Shown piece after piece: positions 53,024-61,356 of a stretch of 64,000 nt of DNA (positions are counted from its first letter, which is position 1; each line of letters starts with the position of its first letter). The notes below the pieces were generated by a model. The model saw nothing but the letters and a program-made list of their open reading frames with translations. It was not told the origin of the DNA and did not search any database. Source of the stretch: Firmicutes bacterium UBA5493 (GTDB lineage Bacteria; Bacillota; Limnochordia; Darwinibacteriales; Darwinibacteriaceae); the NCBI GenBank assembly GCA_002424045.1, contig DIPH01000044.1, positions 35,038 to 99,037 of the forward strand, read 5' to 3'. Both the position numbers and the translations under genes were made by a program.

Positions 53024-54490
53024 ATGGTCAAGCAAAACGATTTTGGTTTTAACTTTGACAACTCTTACGCCCGCCTACCTGAGTCTCTATTCTCGTTTAC
53101 GGATCCAGATGCCGTTCCAGCTCCCCAAGCTGTGATTATCAATGACCAACTGGCAGAAGCGATGGGCCTTTCTGCTGAAGCGCTGAAAGCCGCAGCAGGT
53201 GTAGGCGTTTTAGCTGGCAATGAAGTCCCTCCAGGGGGGTTACCCTTGGCTCAAGCCTATGCAGGACATCAATTTGGCCACTTCACCATGCTCGGTGATG
53301 GGCGGGCCCTACTTCTTGGTGAGCAGATTACCCCCTCCGGTCAGCGCTACGACCTACAATTAAAGGGCTCGGGTCGCACACCCTACTCCCGGGGAGGTGA
53401 TGGAAAGGCCACCTTAGGTCCCATGCTCAGGGAGTATATTATTAGCGAGGCCATGTACGGGCTAGGAATTCCAACAACAAGAAGTCTCGCCGTCGTGACC
53501 ACCGGAGAAAGGGTCTATCGGGAGACTGCCTTGCCGGGGGCGATTCTAACCCGAGTGGCCAAGAGTCACTTGCGGGTTGGAACCTTCCAATATGCAGCTG
53601 GTGGAGGAGGCGAAAAGGAGCTGAAGTTATTGGCGGATTATGCTATAGAGCGCCATTATCCAGAAGCGAGCCGGGAATCCAACAAGTACTTGGCCTTGTT
53701 TAGAGCAGTCATTGGTGCCCAGGCGTCCTTGATTTCCCAATGGATGCTGGTTGGCTTTATTCACGGGGTGATGAATACCGATAATATGACGCTTAGTGGC
53801 GAAACCATTGATTATGGTCCCTGCGCATTTCTGGACACTTTTGATCCCTCTACAGTCTTTAGCTCCATCGATCACCATGGCCGTTATGCCTATGCTAATC
53901 AGCCAAAGATAGCGGCTTGGAATCTAGCCCGCTTCGCCGAAACGTTGCTTCCTCTGATAGATAGTGACCAAGAAAAGGCACGACAAATGGCAGAAAATGA
54001 ATTAAAAGGCTTCTCCTCCAGCTACGATGAGCATTATTTCAGTGGTATGCGGAAGAAACTAGGAATAACGAACGCAAGAGACGAAGATAAGGCACTCGTC
54101 AGGGATTTATTGCAGCTCATGAATGAACACAAGGCAGATTATACCAATACCTTTTTAGATCTCACCTTCGCAAGGTTTGACCGAAGTGAGCTCTACCGAT
54201 CAGCAGACTTTGAAGAGTGGGAGGCACGCTGGCAAGAACGCCTTGACCAAGCTCCAGGAGGCTGGGACGAGGCACAGAAGCTCATGAAGAGGAGCAATCC
54301 CGCTGTGATTCCCCGCAATCATCGGGTGGAAGAAGCACTGAGACCAGCCGTGCAAGATGGAGATTATGATCCGCTTAGAAGATTCTTGCATGTTCTCAAA
54401 AACCCCTTCGCCCATAGTCCCGAACAAGAAGAATTCGCTACTCCTCCTGAACCAACGGCCCCGCCTTATCGTACATTTTGCGGCACCTAA
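53024..54490 (+). CDS. selO: Protein adenylyltransferase SelO/YdiU
   Basis: YAGHQFG, LGDGRA, QLKGSGRTPYSRGGDG, GFIHGVMNTDN, IDYGP, TFCGT. Confidence 0.95.
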   Translation: MVKQNDFGFNFDNSYARLPESLFSFTDPDAVPAPQAVIINDQLAEAMGLSAEALKAAAGVGVLAGNEVPPGGLPLAQAYAGHQFGHFTMLGDGRALLLGEQITPSGQRYDLQLKGSGRTPYSRGGDGKATLGPMLREYIISEAMYGLGIPTTRSLAVVTTGERVYRETALPGAILTRVAKSHLRVGTFQYAAGGGGEKELKLLADYAIERHYPEASRESNKYLALFRAVIGAQASLISQWMLVGFIHGVMNTDNMTLSGETIDYGPCAFLDTFDPSTVFSSIDHHGRYAYANQPKIAAWNLARFAETLLPLIDSDQEKARQMAENELKGFSSSYDEHYFSGMRKKLGITNARDEDKALVRDLLQLMNEHKADYTNTFLDLTFARFDRSELYRSADFEEWEARWQERLDQAPGGWDEAQKLMKRSNPAVIPRNHRVEEALRPAVQDGDYDPLRRFLHVLKNPFAHSPEQEEFATPPEPTAPPYRTFCGT

Positions 54491-54524
54491 GGGGAACAGT
54501 GAATTCTGCAAACGCATTTATGCG

Positions 54525-54553
54525 TAGACATCGATACACATAAGATGTATACT
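54525..54553 (+). promoter_or_regulatory. Sigma-A promoter of nfu
   Basis: TAGACA-17 nt-TATACT. Confidence 0.6.
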
Positions 54554-54617
54554 AAAAATTGTGAAGCAACCGTCAGGTTGCTGCAATCCTTTAAGGAAAC
54601 GCCAAGGAGGTGTCGAA

Positions 54618-54842
54618 ATGAAAGATAGAGTACAAGCGGTTTTAGATAGAATTCGCCCATCCCTTCAGGCCGACGGCGGAGATGTAGAACTAATTAGTGT
54701 CAGCGACGACAACATTGTTACAGTGAAACTGACCGGTGCCTGTGCTGGATGTCCCATGTCGCAATTGACGTTAAAGGGTGGCATTGAGAGAATCCTCAAA
54801 CATGAAATCCCAGAAGTCGCTTCTGTGGAAGCAGCCCTATAA
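54618..54842 (+). CDS. NifU/Nfu-domain Fe-S carrier
   Basis: IRPSLQADGGDVEL, GACAGCP (CxxC), TLKGGIE. Confidence 0.92.
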   Translation: MKDRVQAVLDRIRPSLQADGGDVELISVSDDNIVTVKLTGACAGCPMSQLTLKGGIERILKHEIPEVASVEAAL

Positions 54843-54895
54843 ACAAGCGGACGTTTCCCAAAGGGAAACTCCTAGATGAGCACGAAGTATTCATC

Positions 54896-54921
54896 AGAGG
54901 AGCCTGAGTGCTCCTCTTTTT
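54896..54921 (+). terminator. Intrinsic terminator between nfu and queG
   Basis: AGAGGAGC-CTGAGT-GCTCCTCT-TTTT. Confidence 0.75.
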
Positions 54922-54947
54922 GCATAGACCCAGAAAGGAGTAGCACT

Positions 54948-55973
54948 GTGAAAGTCCGCGAACTGCAGATAGCTATTTACGAAGCAGGTTTTGATGCCTT
55001 TGCCATCATGCCCGCAAGGTCCGTTGATTCCATGCTTCCCAAACTCAGGGAAGCCCAAGAGGAAAATCGCTATCCGGATTTTGTGGATCCGGATATTTCC
55101 AAGCGGATTGATCCCAGAAACCTACAGAAAAGTGCTAAGAGTGTTATTTCCTTAGCTGTGTCTTATGCTACAGGCGATCCTGGTCCTACCCCTACCTTCC
55201 ATGGAACCATTTCCCGCTCTGCCTGGGGGATTGATTATCACCGCATCTTGGATGAACGCATGGACAAGGTTATCGCCTATCTCAAAGAGCACGTTGGTGC
55301 CGAGAGTTGTACCAAAGCTGTTGATACCAGTTTTCTCATCGACCGCGCCTTGGCGGTGGAGTCTGGCATCGGTTACCCTGGAAGTAACTGTGCGGTCTAT
55401 GTGCCCCCCTTTGGCTCCTGGGTCTTCTTAGGAGAAATCCTGGTGGACGTAGACCTTCGTCCCACGAAAAACAAGGAGCAAGACAATTGGTCCTGCCCCG
55501 CTAAGTGCGATCGTTGCGTCAGGGCCTGTCCCACAGGTGCCCTCTTCGCCCCGGGGAAAATCAAACCCCAGCGCTGCATTTCGTATCTCACGCAGATGTC
55601 GGGACCTGTACCCTTAGAGTTTAGGGGTAAGCTTGGCAATACGTTGTGGGGTTGCGATATCTGCCAGCAGGTTTGTCCCATCAACCAAGAAGCACACCTG
55701 TCCTCCCATGAAGAATTCCAGCCTGTAGTAGGACCACATGTGGATCTAAGACCGCTCATGGATTTAACAAAAAAGGAATTCTTAGAGCAATTCGGCCAGA
55801 CTAGCATGGCCTGGCGTGGCAAGAATGTGATGCAGCGAAATGCCTGCATCATCCTTGGCAATCAGCGAAACCCTGAGGCTTTGCCGCTCCTGGAAAAAAC
55901 AGCCCAGGAGCATCCCAGTACCACTGTACGAGAAGCCGCTTCGTGGGCCGTAAGGAAAATCAAATCCGGTTAA
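54948..55973 (+). CDS. queG: Epoxyqueuosine reductase
   Basis: AWGIDYH, VDT, GSWVFLGE, CDRCVRACPTGA, RCISYLT, WGCDICQQVCP, C-terminal HEAT repeat. Confidence 0.9.
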   Translation: MKVRELQIAIYEAGFDAFAIMPARSVDSMLPKLREAQEENRYPDFVDPDISKRIDPRNLQKSAKSVISLAVSYATGDPGPTPTFHGTISRSAWGIDYHRILDERMDKVIAYLKEHVGAESCTKAVDTSFLIDRALAVESGIGYPGSNCAVYVPPFGSWVFLGEILVDVDLRPTKNKEQDNWSCPAKCDRCVRACPTGALFAPGKIKPQRCISYLTQMSGPVPLEFRGKLGNTLWGCDICQQVCPINQEAHLSSHEEFQPVVGPHVDLRPLMDLTKKEFLEQFGQTSMAWRGKNVMQRNACIILGNQRNPEALPLLEKTAQEHPSTTVREAASWAVRKIKSG

Positions 55974-57310
55974 TTCGTTTTCTGTTTAGCATTCTCCAGA
56001 GCTTTTTTGAGCCGCTCCCCATAAGGACCATTAACATGGGATGTTGATTCCAACGCTTTCTCCAGGAATGTTACGACCTCTTCCCCACCATAGCGACTGA
56101 TAGAGATAGCCATCTGTGCCTTTTCTTCATTCTCTTCAGGATAATGATCGAACATCTCCGTAAGCAGACTCCACCTGCGCTTCGTGGGAGGACCATGGGA
56201 TAAAAAAAGCGCAAGGTAGGGCAACAAAGGGGAATCCCGATTGGCCCTGGCAAAACGCCGCATGGCTGGGAGAGCTTTCCCGTCAAAGGATTTGAGCAGA
56301 CTCCAACATTCATAATACAATGGATCTTCCAAATCCAGCTCAGCAAGGAGCTGCAAAACCACATCACTCACTTCACTCAGCGACCAACGATTACAGTATA
56401 CAAGAATTCTCATTAGGAAAGCTTGGTTGAAATCTTGGTTAACCAAGCGTACGCCAAGTATCATGAGAATGAGATCTACCACCTGTTCGTCAGGTTCCAC
56501 ATCTATATGTTCGAAGCTGGAAAAGAAGCTTTCGAAGAAGTGATCATACTCATCTTTATCGAGGACAGTGTTGAGATCCGTATATCCCGAACCACCCTGA
56601 CGGAAATTGCGGAAAACACTAAGGTCGGAAACTACATTCCCCTTCACTTTCTTGCGTTTTTGCCGCTCGGTAGCAATGTCTTCCAGGGGATAATTGTAGT
56701 AAGGGGTCACTCTGAAGTTATTCATCAAGGTCTGTAGACCCTGTAATACCACCTGGATGCGGGGGTGGCTAATCCTCAACCATATAGAGCGCAGCCGAGC
56801 TCCCCGCAGCATCTTCGCTCCTGCACGACCCAACACCTTGTTCAGCTCCTGGTCGGCACCGGACCCGCCCTCTCGAAGGATTTGGTGCGCGGTTTGTACA
56901 AGGGCATCAAGATCCTGTTCGTCATGATCCCTAGTAGAGCTATAGCAGTGCATCATTTGCGTATAGGCGGGCATGCGTAAGCGGGTCTGCAAGCCATTCC
57001 CCTGCAAGAAATGATCCACCACATACTGGATGTCCAAGGGAAATTGATATTTGTTCAACTCCTCTGCAAGTCCATCCACGAGGCGCTCCACCTCTGCATC
57101 TGCCCTGAGCAGTTCTCGCTTACCTCTTAGCGTTGCCGTCAGCATAGCCACGACGGTCAATAATTCCAGAGAGGCGCTGTAAGCAGCCAGCATCAAATCC
57201 CTCTCATAGAAGAACATACTCTCCTTGATCTCTAGGCAGGACGAAACAAACCCATCTACTGTGGTAATCTCTTTAATTTCTTCCATTAGTTCTCTATAGT
57301 CTCTAAGCAA
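55970..57310 (-). CDS. Hypothetical helical protein, possible HEAT-like C-terminus
   Basis: Long ORF (about 446 aa) downstream of rnhA with a GGAGG RBS; no family recognised. Confidence 0.65.
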   Translation of the reverse strand: MLRDYRELMEEIKEITTVDGFVSSCLEIKESMFFYERDLMLAAYSASLELLTVVAMLTATLRGKRELLRADAEVERLVDGLAEELNKYQFPLDIQYVVDHFLQGNGLQTRLRMPAYTQMMHCYSSTRDHDEQDLDALVQTAHQILREGGSGADQELNKVLGRAGAKMLRGARLRSIWLRISHPRIQVVLQGLQTLMNNFRVTPYYNYPLEDIATERQKRKKVKGNVVSDLSVFRNFRQGGSGYTDLNTVLDKDEYDHFFESFFSSFEHIDVEPDEQVVDLILMILGVRLVNQDFNQAFLMRILVYCNRWSLSEVSDVVLQLLAELDLEDPLYYECWSLLKSFDGKALPAMRRFARANRDSPLLPYLALFLSHGPPTKRRWSLLTEMFDHYPEENEEKAQMAISISRYGGEEVVTFLEKALESTSHVNGPYGERLKKALENAKQKTN

Positions 57311-57320
57311 TACGGCACCC

Positions 57321-57770
57321 CTACCTCCTTGCCTCAATGGCGCCGCGGGCTAACGCGTCGCAACGATTATTATGCTTATTATCACTATGACCCTTCACTT
57401 TAATCCACTCAATGTCATGAATACGGCTTAGCGCTATCAATTTCTTCCACAGATCCGCGTTACTCACCGGGTCCTTTTTCGCATTAAGCCAGCCGTTTCT
57501 TTGCCAGTTCTTAATCCACCCCTGGGTGAAAGCATTGACTAAATAGGCACTATCGGAATGGAGCTTCACTCTGCAAGGTCTTTTTAGGCTGCCTAGTCCT
57601 TCAATGGCCGCCAAGAGTTCCATGCGCTGGTTGGTGGTCTCCGCCACGAACCCAAACAGTTCCTTTTCGTGGGGACCATGAATCAGAATCGCTCCCCAAC
57701 CACCTGGCCCAGGATTGCCGCTACAGGCTCCATCTGTGTAGATTTTCACTTGTGGTTTCAGATCCGCCAA
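57321..57770 (-). CDS. rnhA: Ribonuclease HI
   Basis: YTDGACSGNPGPGG, TTNQRMEL, SDSAY, VKGHS, RCDALA. Confidence 0.96.
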   Translation of the reverse strand: MADLKPQVKIYTDGACSGNPGPGGWGAILIHGPHEKELFGFVAETTNQRMELLAAIEGLGSLKRPCRVKLHSDSAYLVNAFTQGWIKNWQRNGWLNAKKDPVSNADLWKKLIALSRIHDIEWIKVKGHSDNKHNNRCDALARGAIEARR

Positions 57771-57877
57771 CCTCCTTCAACTCTGTTGGTGGTCGGCTCT
57801 GTTGGCAGAGCCGAGAGAAAGTGTTACAATATCAATAATACCATACTATACGATTTTTTGTATTTGGAGAGAGAATA

Positions 57878-58648
57878 ATGAAGGGAAATCCAGAAAAAAT
57901 CACAAAAGGCACTGACCATCTTGGACAGGCCTGCATTGTCTGTCAAAATGCCATCAGCTCTGAAGATGAGGTGGTGGCCTGTCCACGTTGTCACAGCGCG
58001 CATCATGCAAATTGCTGGAGAACCAAAGGTGGTTGCGGCAAGACTGGGTGCCCACAGGTGGCCCAGGCTGTGAAGGGTGAACGACCTCAAGGCGATGGTC
58101 CGCCGCCTCCCATCTCCAAGAAGGTGATTTTTGGCGGTGTTCTTGTCGCGCTTGCTACGATTCTCCTCCTGGTGTTCTGGCCCAAACCTCCTGACCCAGC
58201 TCTGGGACGTACCAGGATCGTTGTCTTCGGTGAAGCATACTATGAGCTCAGTGAGAGCATGACGGAGTTGGCAGATACTTACAATGCCACGAGCGAAGAA
58301 ACCTATATTGACCTGCAGCTACTCCCACCGGGAACTATGGACACAAAATTGATCGTTCTCATTGCCGCCAATGAAGCACCAGATGTGATGGCCATCGATG
58401 ATGAGCGCTTCGAGTATTTTAAGGAACAGCAGGTCATGCTGCCCTTAGGTGAAGACGAATCAGGGATGCCCATTTACGGACTTCAACATCCCGGACAGTT
58501 GTCCCAACTGGTCGTATGGCATGCCACTGAGTATCCTGCCCAGGCCCTAGAAGTATTACACTATTTTGCTGACCACATTCCAGTTGCCGATTTAGACCTT
58601 CTCAGGGAGGTAGAGAGGAATTCTCTGCCTTTTGGACCCATCGAGTAA
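57878..58648 (+). CDS. Prokaryotic RING-finger + TM + solute-binding-like fusion protein
   Basis: CIVC-x12-CPRC-x3-HHANCW-x5-C-x4-C; TM at about aa 82-101; IAANEAPDV motif resembling sugar-binding proteins. Confidence 0.65.
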   Translation: MKGNPEKITKGTDHLGQACIVCQNAISSEDEVVACPRCHSAHHANCWRTKGGCGKTGCPQVAQAVKGERPQGDGPPPPISKKVIFGGVLVALATILLLVFWPKPPDPALGRTRIVVFGEAYYELSESMTELADTYNATSEETYIDLQLLPPGTMDTKLIVLIAANEAPDVMAIDDERFEYFKEQQVMLPLGEDESGMPIYGLQHPGQLSQLVVWHATEYPAQALEVLHYFADHIPVADLDLLREVERNSLPFGPIE

Positions 58649-58687
58649 AAAAAGAAGCCTTGTCCGTTGCGACGAGGCTTCTTTTTT
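58647..58687. terminator. Bidirectional terminator
   Basis: A run-GAAGCCTTGTC...GACGAGGCTTC-T run between convergent genes. Confidence 0.85.
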
Positions 58688-58702
58688 GTCACCCTAGGTC
58701 TA

Positions 58703-59266
58703 TTAGAACTGAACTTGAGGAACTTCCAGAGCACCAGGCGTTGCTTCGAAAAAGGGCTTTGTCTCCCGACCAAGAATGTTCGCCACCACGTTCATGGGGA
58801 AACGGCGAACTGTAGTATTCCAAGTCTGAACAGACTCATTAAAACGCATCCGTTCTGTGGCGATACGGTTTTCTGTACCCGCCAACTCATCTTGGAGCCT
58901 GATAAAGCTCGTGTCCGCCTTAAGCTCTGGATAGGCTTCGCTTATGGCCAAAAGTCTTCCTAAGGCAGAATCTAAACCCCGGTTCGCTTCCATCTGGCTC
59001 TCTGGAGTTGTAGCTCCCAGAAGACGGGAACGAGCATCGGCAACATCAGCAAAGACTTGTTCTTCATGACTAGCATAGCCCCTTACCGTATTCACCAAGT
59101 TCGGAATTAAGTCGGCTCGCCGCTGGAGCTGGTTTTCCACCTGTGCCCAGCGGGCGTCAACGGTTTCTTCTAGTTCTACGAGCTGGTTGTAACGTCCAAT
59201 CACGCTGGATACAAAAACGAGTGCAATGGCCGCAAGAACAATTAGAACTATGGTTCCTTTTTTCAT
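58703..59266 (-). CDS. lemA: LemA family protein
   Basis: YNQLV, QRRADLIPNLV, EAYPELKA, GTENRIA. Confidence 0.93.
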   Translation of the reverse strand: MKKGTIVLIVLAAIALVFVSSVIGRYNQLVELEETVDARWAQVENQLQRRADLIPNLVNTVRGYASHEEQVFADVADARSRLLGATTPESQMEANRGLDSALGRLLAISEAYPELKADTSFIRLQDELAGTENRIATERMRFNESVQTWNTTVRRFPMNVVANILGRETKPFFEATPGALEVPQVQF

Positions 59267-59288
59267 TTTTTCACTCTCCCATTCTTGA

Positions 59289-60059
59289 TTAAAATCGTCG
59301 TCCTGCTCCTCCTCCGCCACTACGGCCTCCACCAAAACCACCGGAAGGTCTTGAACCGCCACCTCCAAAACCGCCGCTTCCAAAGCCGCCACCTCGGGGC
59401 ATGCGGGGTACGATTACAGTTCGGCCTGAACCCCCGCCTCCACCGCCAAGGCCTCCGCTTCCACCAGGTGGATAACGCCTTCCACGGCGCATCAAAATAA
59501 CGATCAATATGAAGATAGCAAAAGACAGGAACCAGCCTGAGCTTTCGTCTTGCTCCTCCACGATTTCAAACTCCTCACCAGCCAAAATATTCGCATAGGC
59601 CACAGCCATGGCTGCGAGCCCCGCACCATAAGCCTGGTTCTTGAAATGGGGCATCCCTTCCTGGTCGATCACCGCACCAACAAGTCCATCAGGCAGAGCT
59701 CCTTCCAAACCATAGCCCGGCTCCACCTCGATGGCGCCTTCGTCCACAGCTAACAGCATTAAAAGACCGCTGTCCTCTGGACCGCCTACCCCCCACTCGT
59801 TAAAGAGTCCTGTTGTGTACTCCTTGGGATCCATAGGCGCAGTGGTCGATACGGTGACCACGGCCAGACCTATGCCTTGTTCGGTCCAGAGCTTCTCTCC
59901 TAGGAGCTCCATCTCAGCTCTGCTCCTGCGATCCAAGACATTGGCAAAATCATTGACGAAACCCTGGCGCTCGGGAAAAGCGGCAAGGGCAGAACTACCT
60001 AACATAAACATGAGGACAAAAATAAGGCTAGCTCGCAGGATCCTGCGACTCGATCTCAT
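59289..60059 (-). CDS. TPM-domain (YgcG-like) membrane protein with Gly-rich tail
   Basis: VNDFANVL, WGVG, GYGLEGALPD, GFGGGRSGGGGA. Confidence 0.9.
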   Translation of the reverse strand: MRSSRRILRASLIFVLMFMLGSSALAAFPERQGFVNDFANVLDRRSRAEMELLGEKLWTEQGIGLAVVTVSTTAPMDPKEYTTGLFNEWGVGGPEDSGLLMLLAVDEGAIEVEPGYGLEGALPDGLVGAVIDQEGMPHFKNQAYGAGLAAMAVAYANILAGEEFEIVEEQDESSGWFLSFAIFILIVILMRRGRRYPPGGSGGLGGGGGGSGRTVIVPRMPRGGGFGSGGFGGGGSRPSGGFGGGRSGGGGAGRRF

Positions 60060-60625
60060 TACAAACTCCACCTCTTTCGGCGTATCGATTCGCCGTGGCT
60101 CCCAAGGAGCTCTCCCAAGCCATAGTAATGACCAAAACCATAGACCATTGGGTCCGCCAAGGTTAACTCAAAACGGCCATTTTCGCTATACTCTTCACTA
60201 TAGTGAATCCAGACAACTTCTCCCAGGAACAGATCGTGGCTTCCCAGGGGAATCACTTGGGTGACACGGCATTCTACATTGACCGGACATTCCGCGATCA
60301 AAGGCGCCCTCCTAAGATTGCCAGGCAGGGCGGTAAATCCGCATTCCGCGAACTTATCATACTCTCGTCCGCTGATCGTACCACAGATGTCAACAAGTTC
60401 CATCTGGCTGGCTTTCGGCATGTTGACCACAAATCCGCCTGACTCTTTAATTATATCATAGGAATGCCGTTCTGGACGAATCCCCAGACTGATGATTGCT
60501 GGATCGGAACACGCAACTCCGGCCCACGCTAAGGTGATAATATTCGCTGGACCTGTACTCTGACAGCTCACCAAGACTGGCGGCACAGGATAGAGCCACG
60601 TCCCAGGCTTGCGTGTTATCTTCAT
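60059..60625 (-). CDS. Flavin reductase-like (flavoredoxin) protein
   Basis: LYPVP, NIITLAW, CGTISGR, PLIAECP, LGSHDLFLGEV. Confidence 0.88.
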   Translation of the reverse strand: MKITRKPGTWLYPVPPVLVSCQSTGPANIITLAWAGVACSDPAIISLGIRPERHSYDIIKESGGFVVNMPKASQMELVDICGTISGREYDKFAECGFTALPGNLRRAPLIAECPVNVECRVTQVIPLGSHDLFLGEVVWIHYSEEYSENGRFELTLADPMVYGFGHYYGLGELLGSHGESIRRKRWSL

Positions 60626-60631
60626 GGTTTT

Positions 60632-61270
60632 TCACTCCCCATTCATGATCGCGTGATAGACTTCCTCCCCCTCTATCCAAGTGAAGTCATTGGCCGTAAA
60701 CTCCTGAACTCTCTGGCGCAATACTTCCATTTCTTGGGGGAACACTACGATGTGAAACGTAACATGCTCTAAATATTCGGTGTCCACGATGGTAACACCT
60801 TGAGTCAGTAATTCATTTTGGATCTTTCCTGAATGAACGTAATCAACGGTAATGGAAACCTTCTGGGATAGAACCATGCGTACAATCCCGGCCTTCTGCA
60901 GAGCTTCTCGCACAGCCCCGCTATAGGCGCGAATCAACCCGCCTCGCCCTAGAAGGGTGCCCCCAAAATAACGGGTGACCACCACGACGCAGTTTACAAC
61001 CTGGTGTGCCTTAAGTACTTCCAACATAGGAAGGCCCGCAGTACCACTAGGTTCGTTATCATCACTATATTTCTGAACTTCCTGATTCATACCAAGGATA
61101 TAGGCGGGAACGTTGTGGGTGGCATTCCAGTGCTCCTTGCGCACCTCTTCAATAAAAGCTTCCGCTTCTTCTTGGGTGTCGACAGTCTTGATGCGGGCTA
61201 TAAACTTGGACTTTCTCTCAATTAGAGTTATCTCCGCTTCCCTCGCTACCGTCTTGTACTCAACGAGCAT
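60632..61270 (-). CDS. yigZ: YigZ/IMPACT family protein
   Basis: KSKFIA, ATHN, SDDNEPSGTAG, TRYFGG.LLG.GGLIRAY. Confidence 0.93.
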   Translation of the reverse strand: MLVEYKTVAREAEITLIERKSKFIARIKTVDTQEEAEAFIEEVRKEHWNATHNVPAYILGMNQEVQKYSDDNEPSGTAGLPMLEVLKAHQVVNCVVVVTRYFGGTLLGRGGLIRAYSGAVREALQKAGIVRMVLSQKVSITVDYVHSGKIQNELLTQGVTIVDTEYLEHVTFHIVVFPQEMEVLRQRVQEFTANDFTWIEGEEVYHAIMNGE

Positions 61271-61356
61271 TCTACCACCTCGACATAGTGTTCAACATCA
61301 CTTTGCATCTTCCTTCCCGTTCTGCTATTCTAATCTAGTGAGAGGGGAATCTATAC

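Noticed and set aside
53024-54490. Selenocysteine recoding in SelO
   Set aside because: The ORF ends TFCGT-TAA with Cys and has no in-frame TGA.
54561-54600. SAM-I riboswitch or SRP RNA
   Set aside because: It lacks the AUC/P1-P2 kink-turn of SAM-I and the GGAA tetraloop/AGCAG motif of SRP, and is too short.
59289-59480. GC-rich CCN repeats
   Set aside because: They encode the ordinary Gly-rich tail of TPM-domain proteins.
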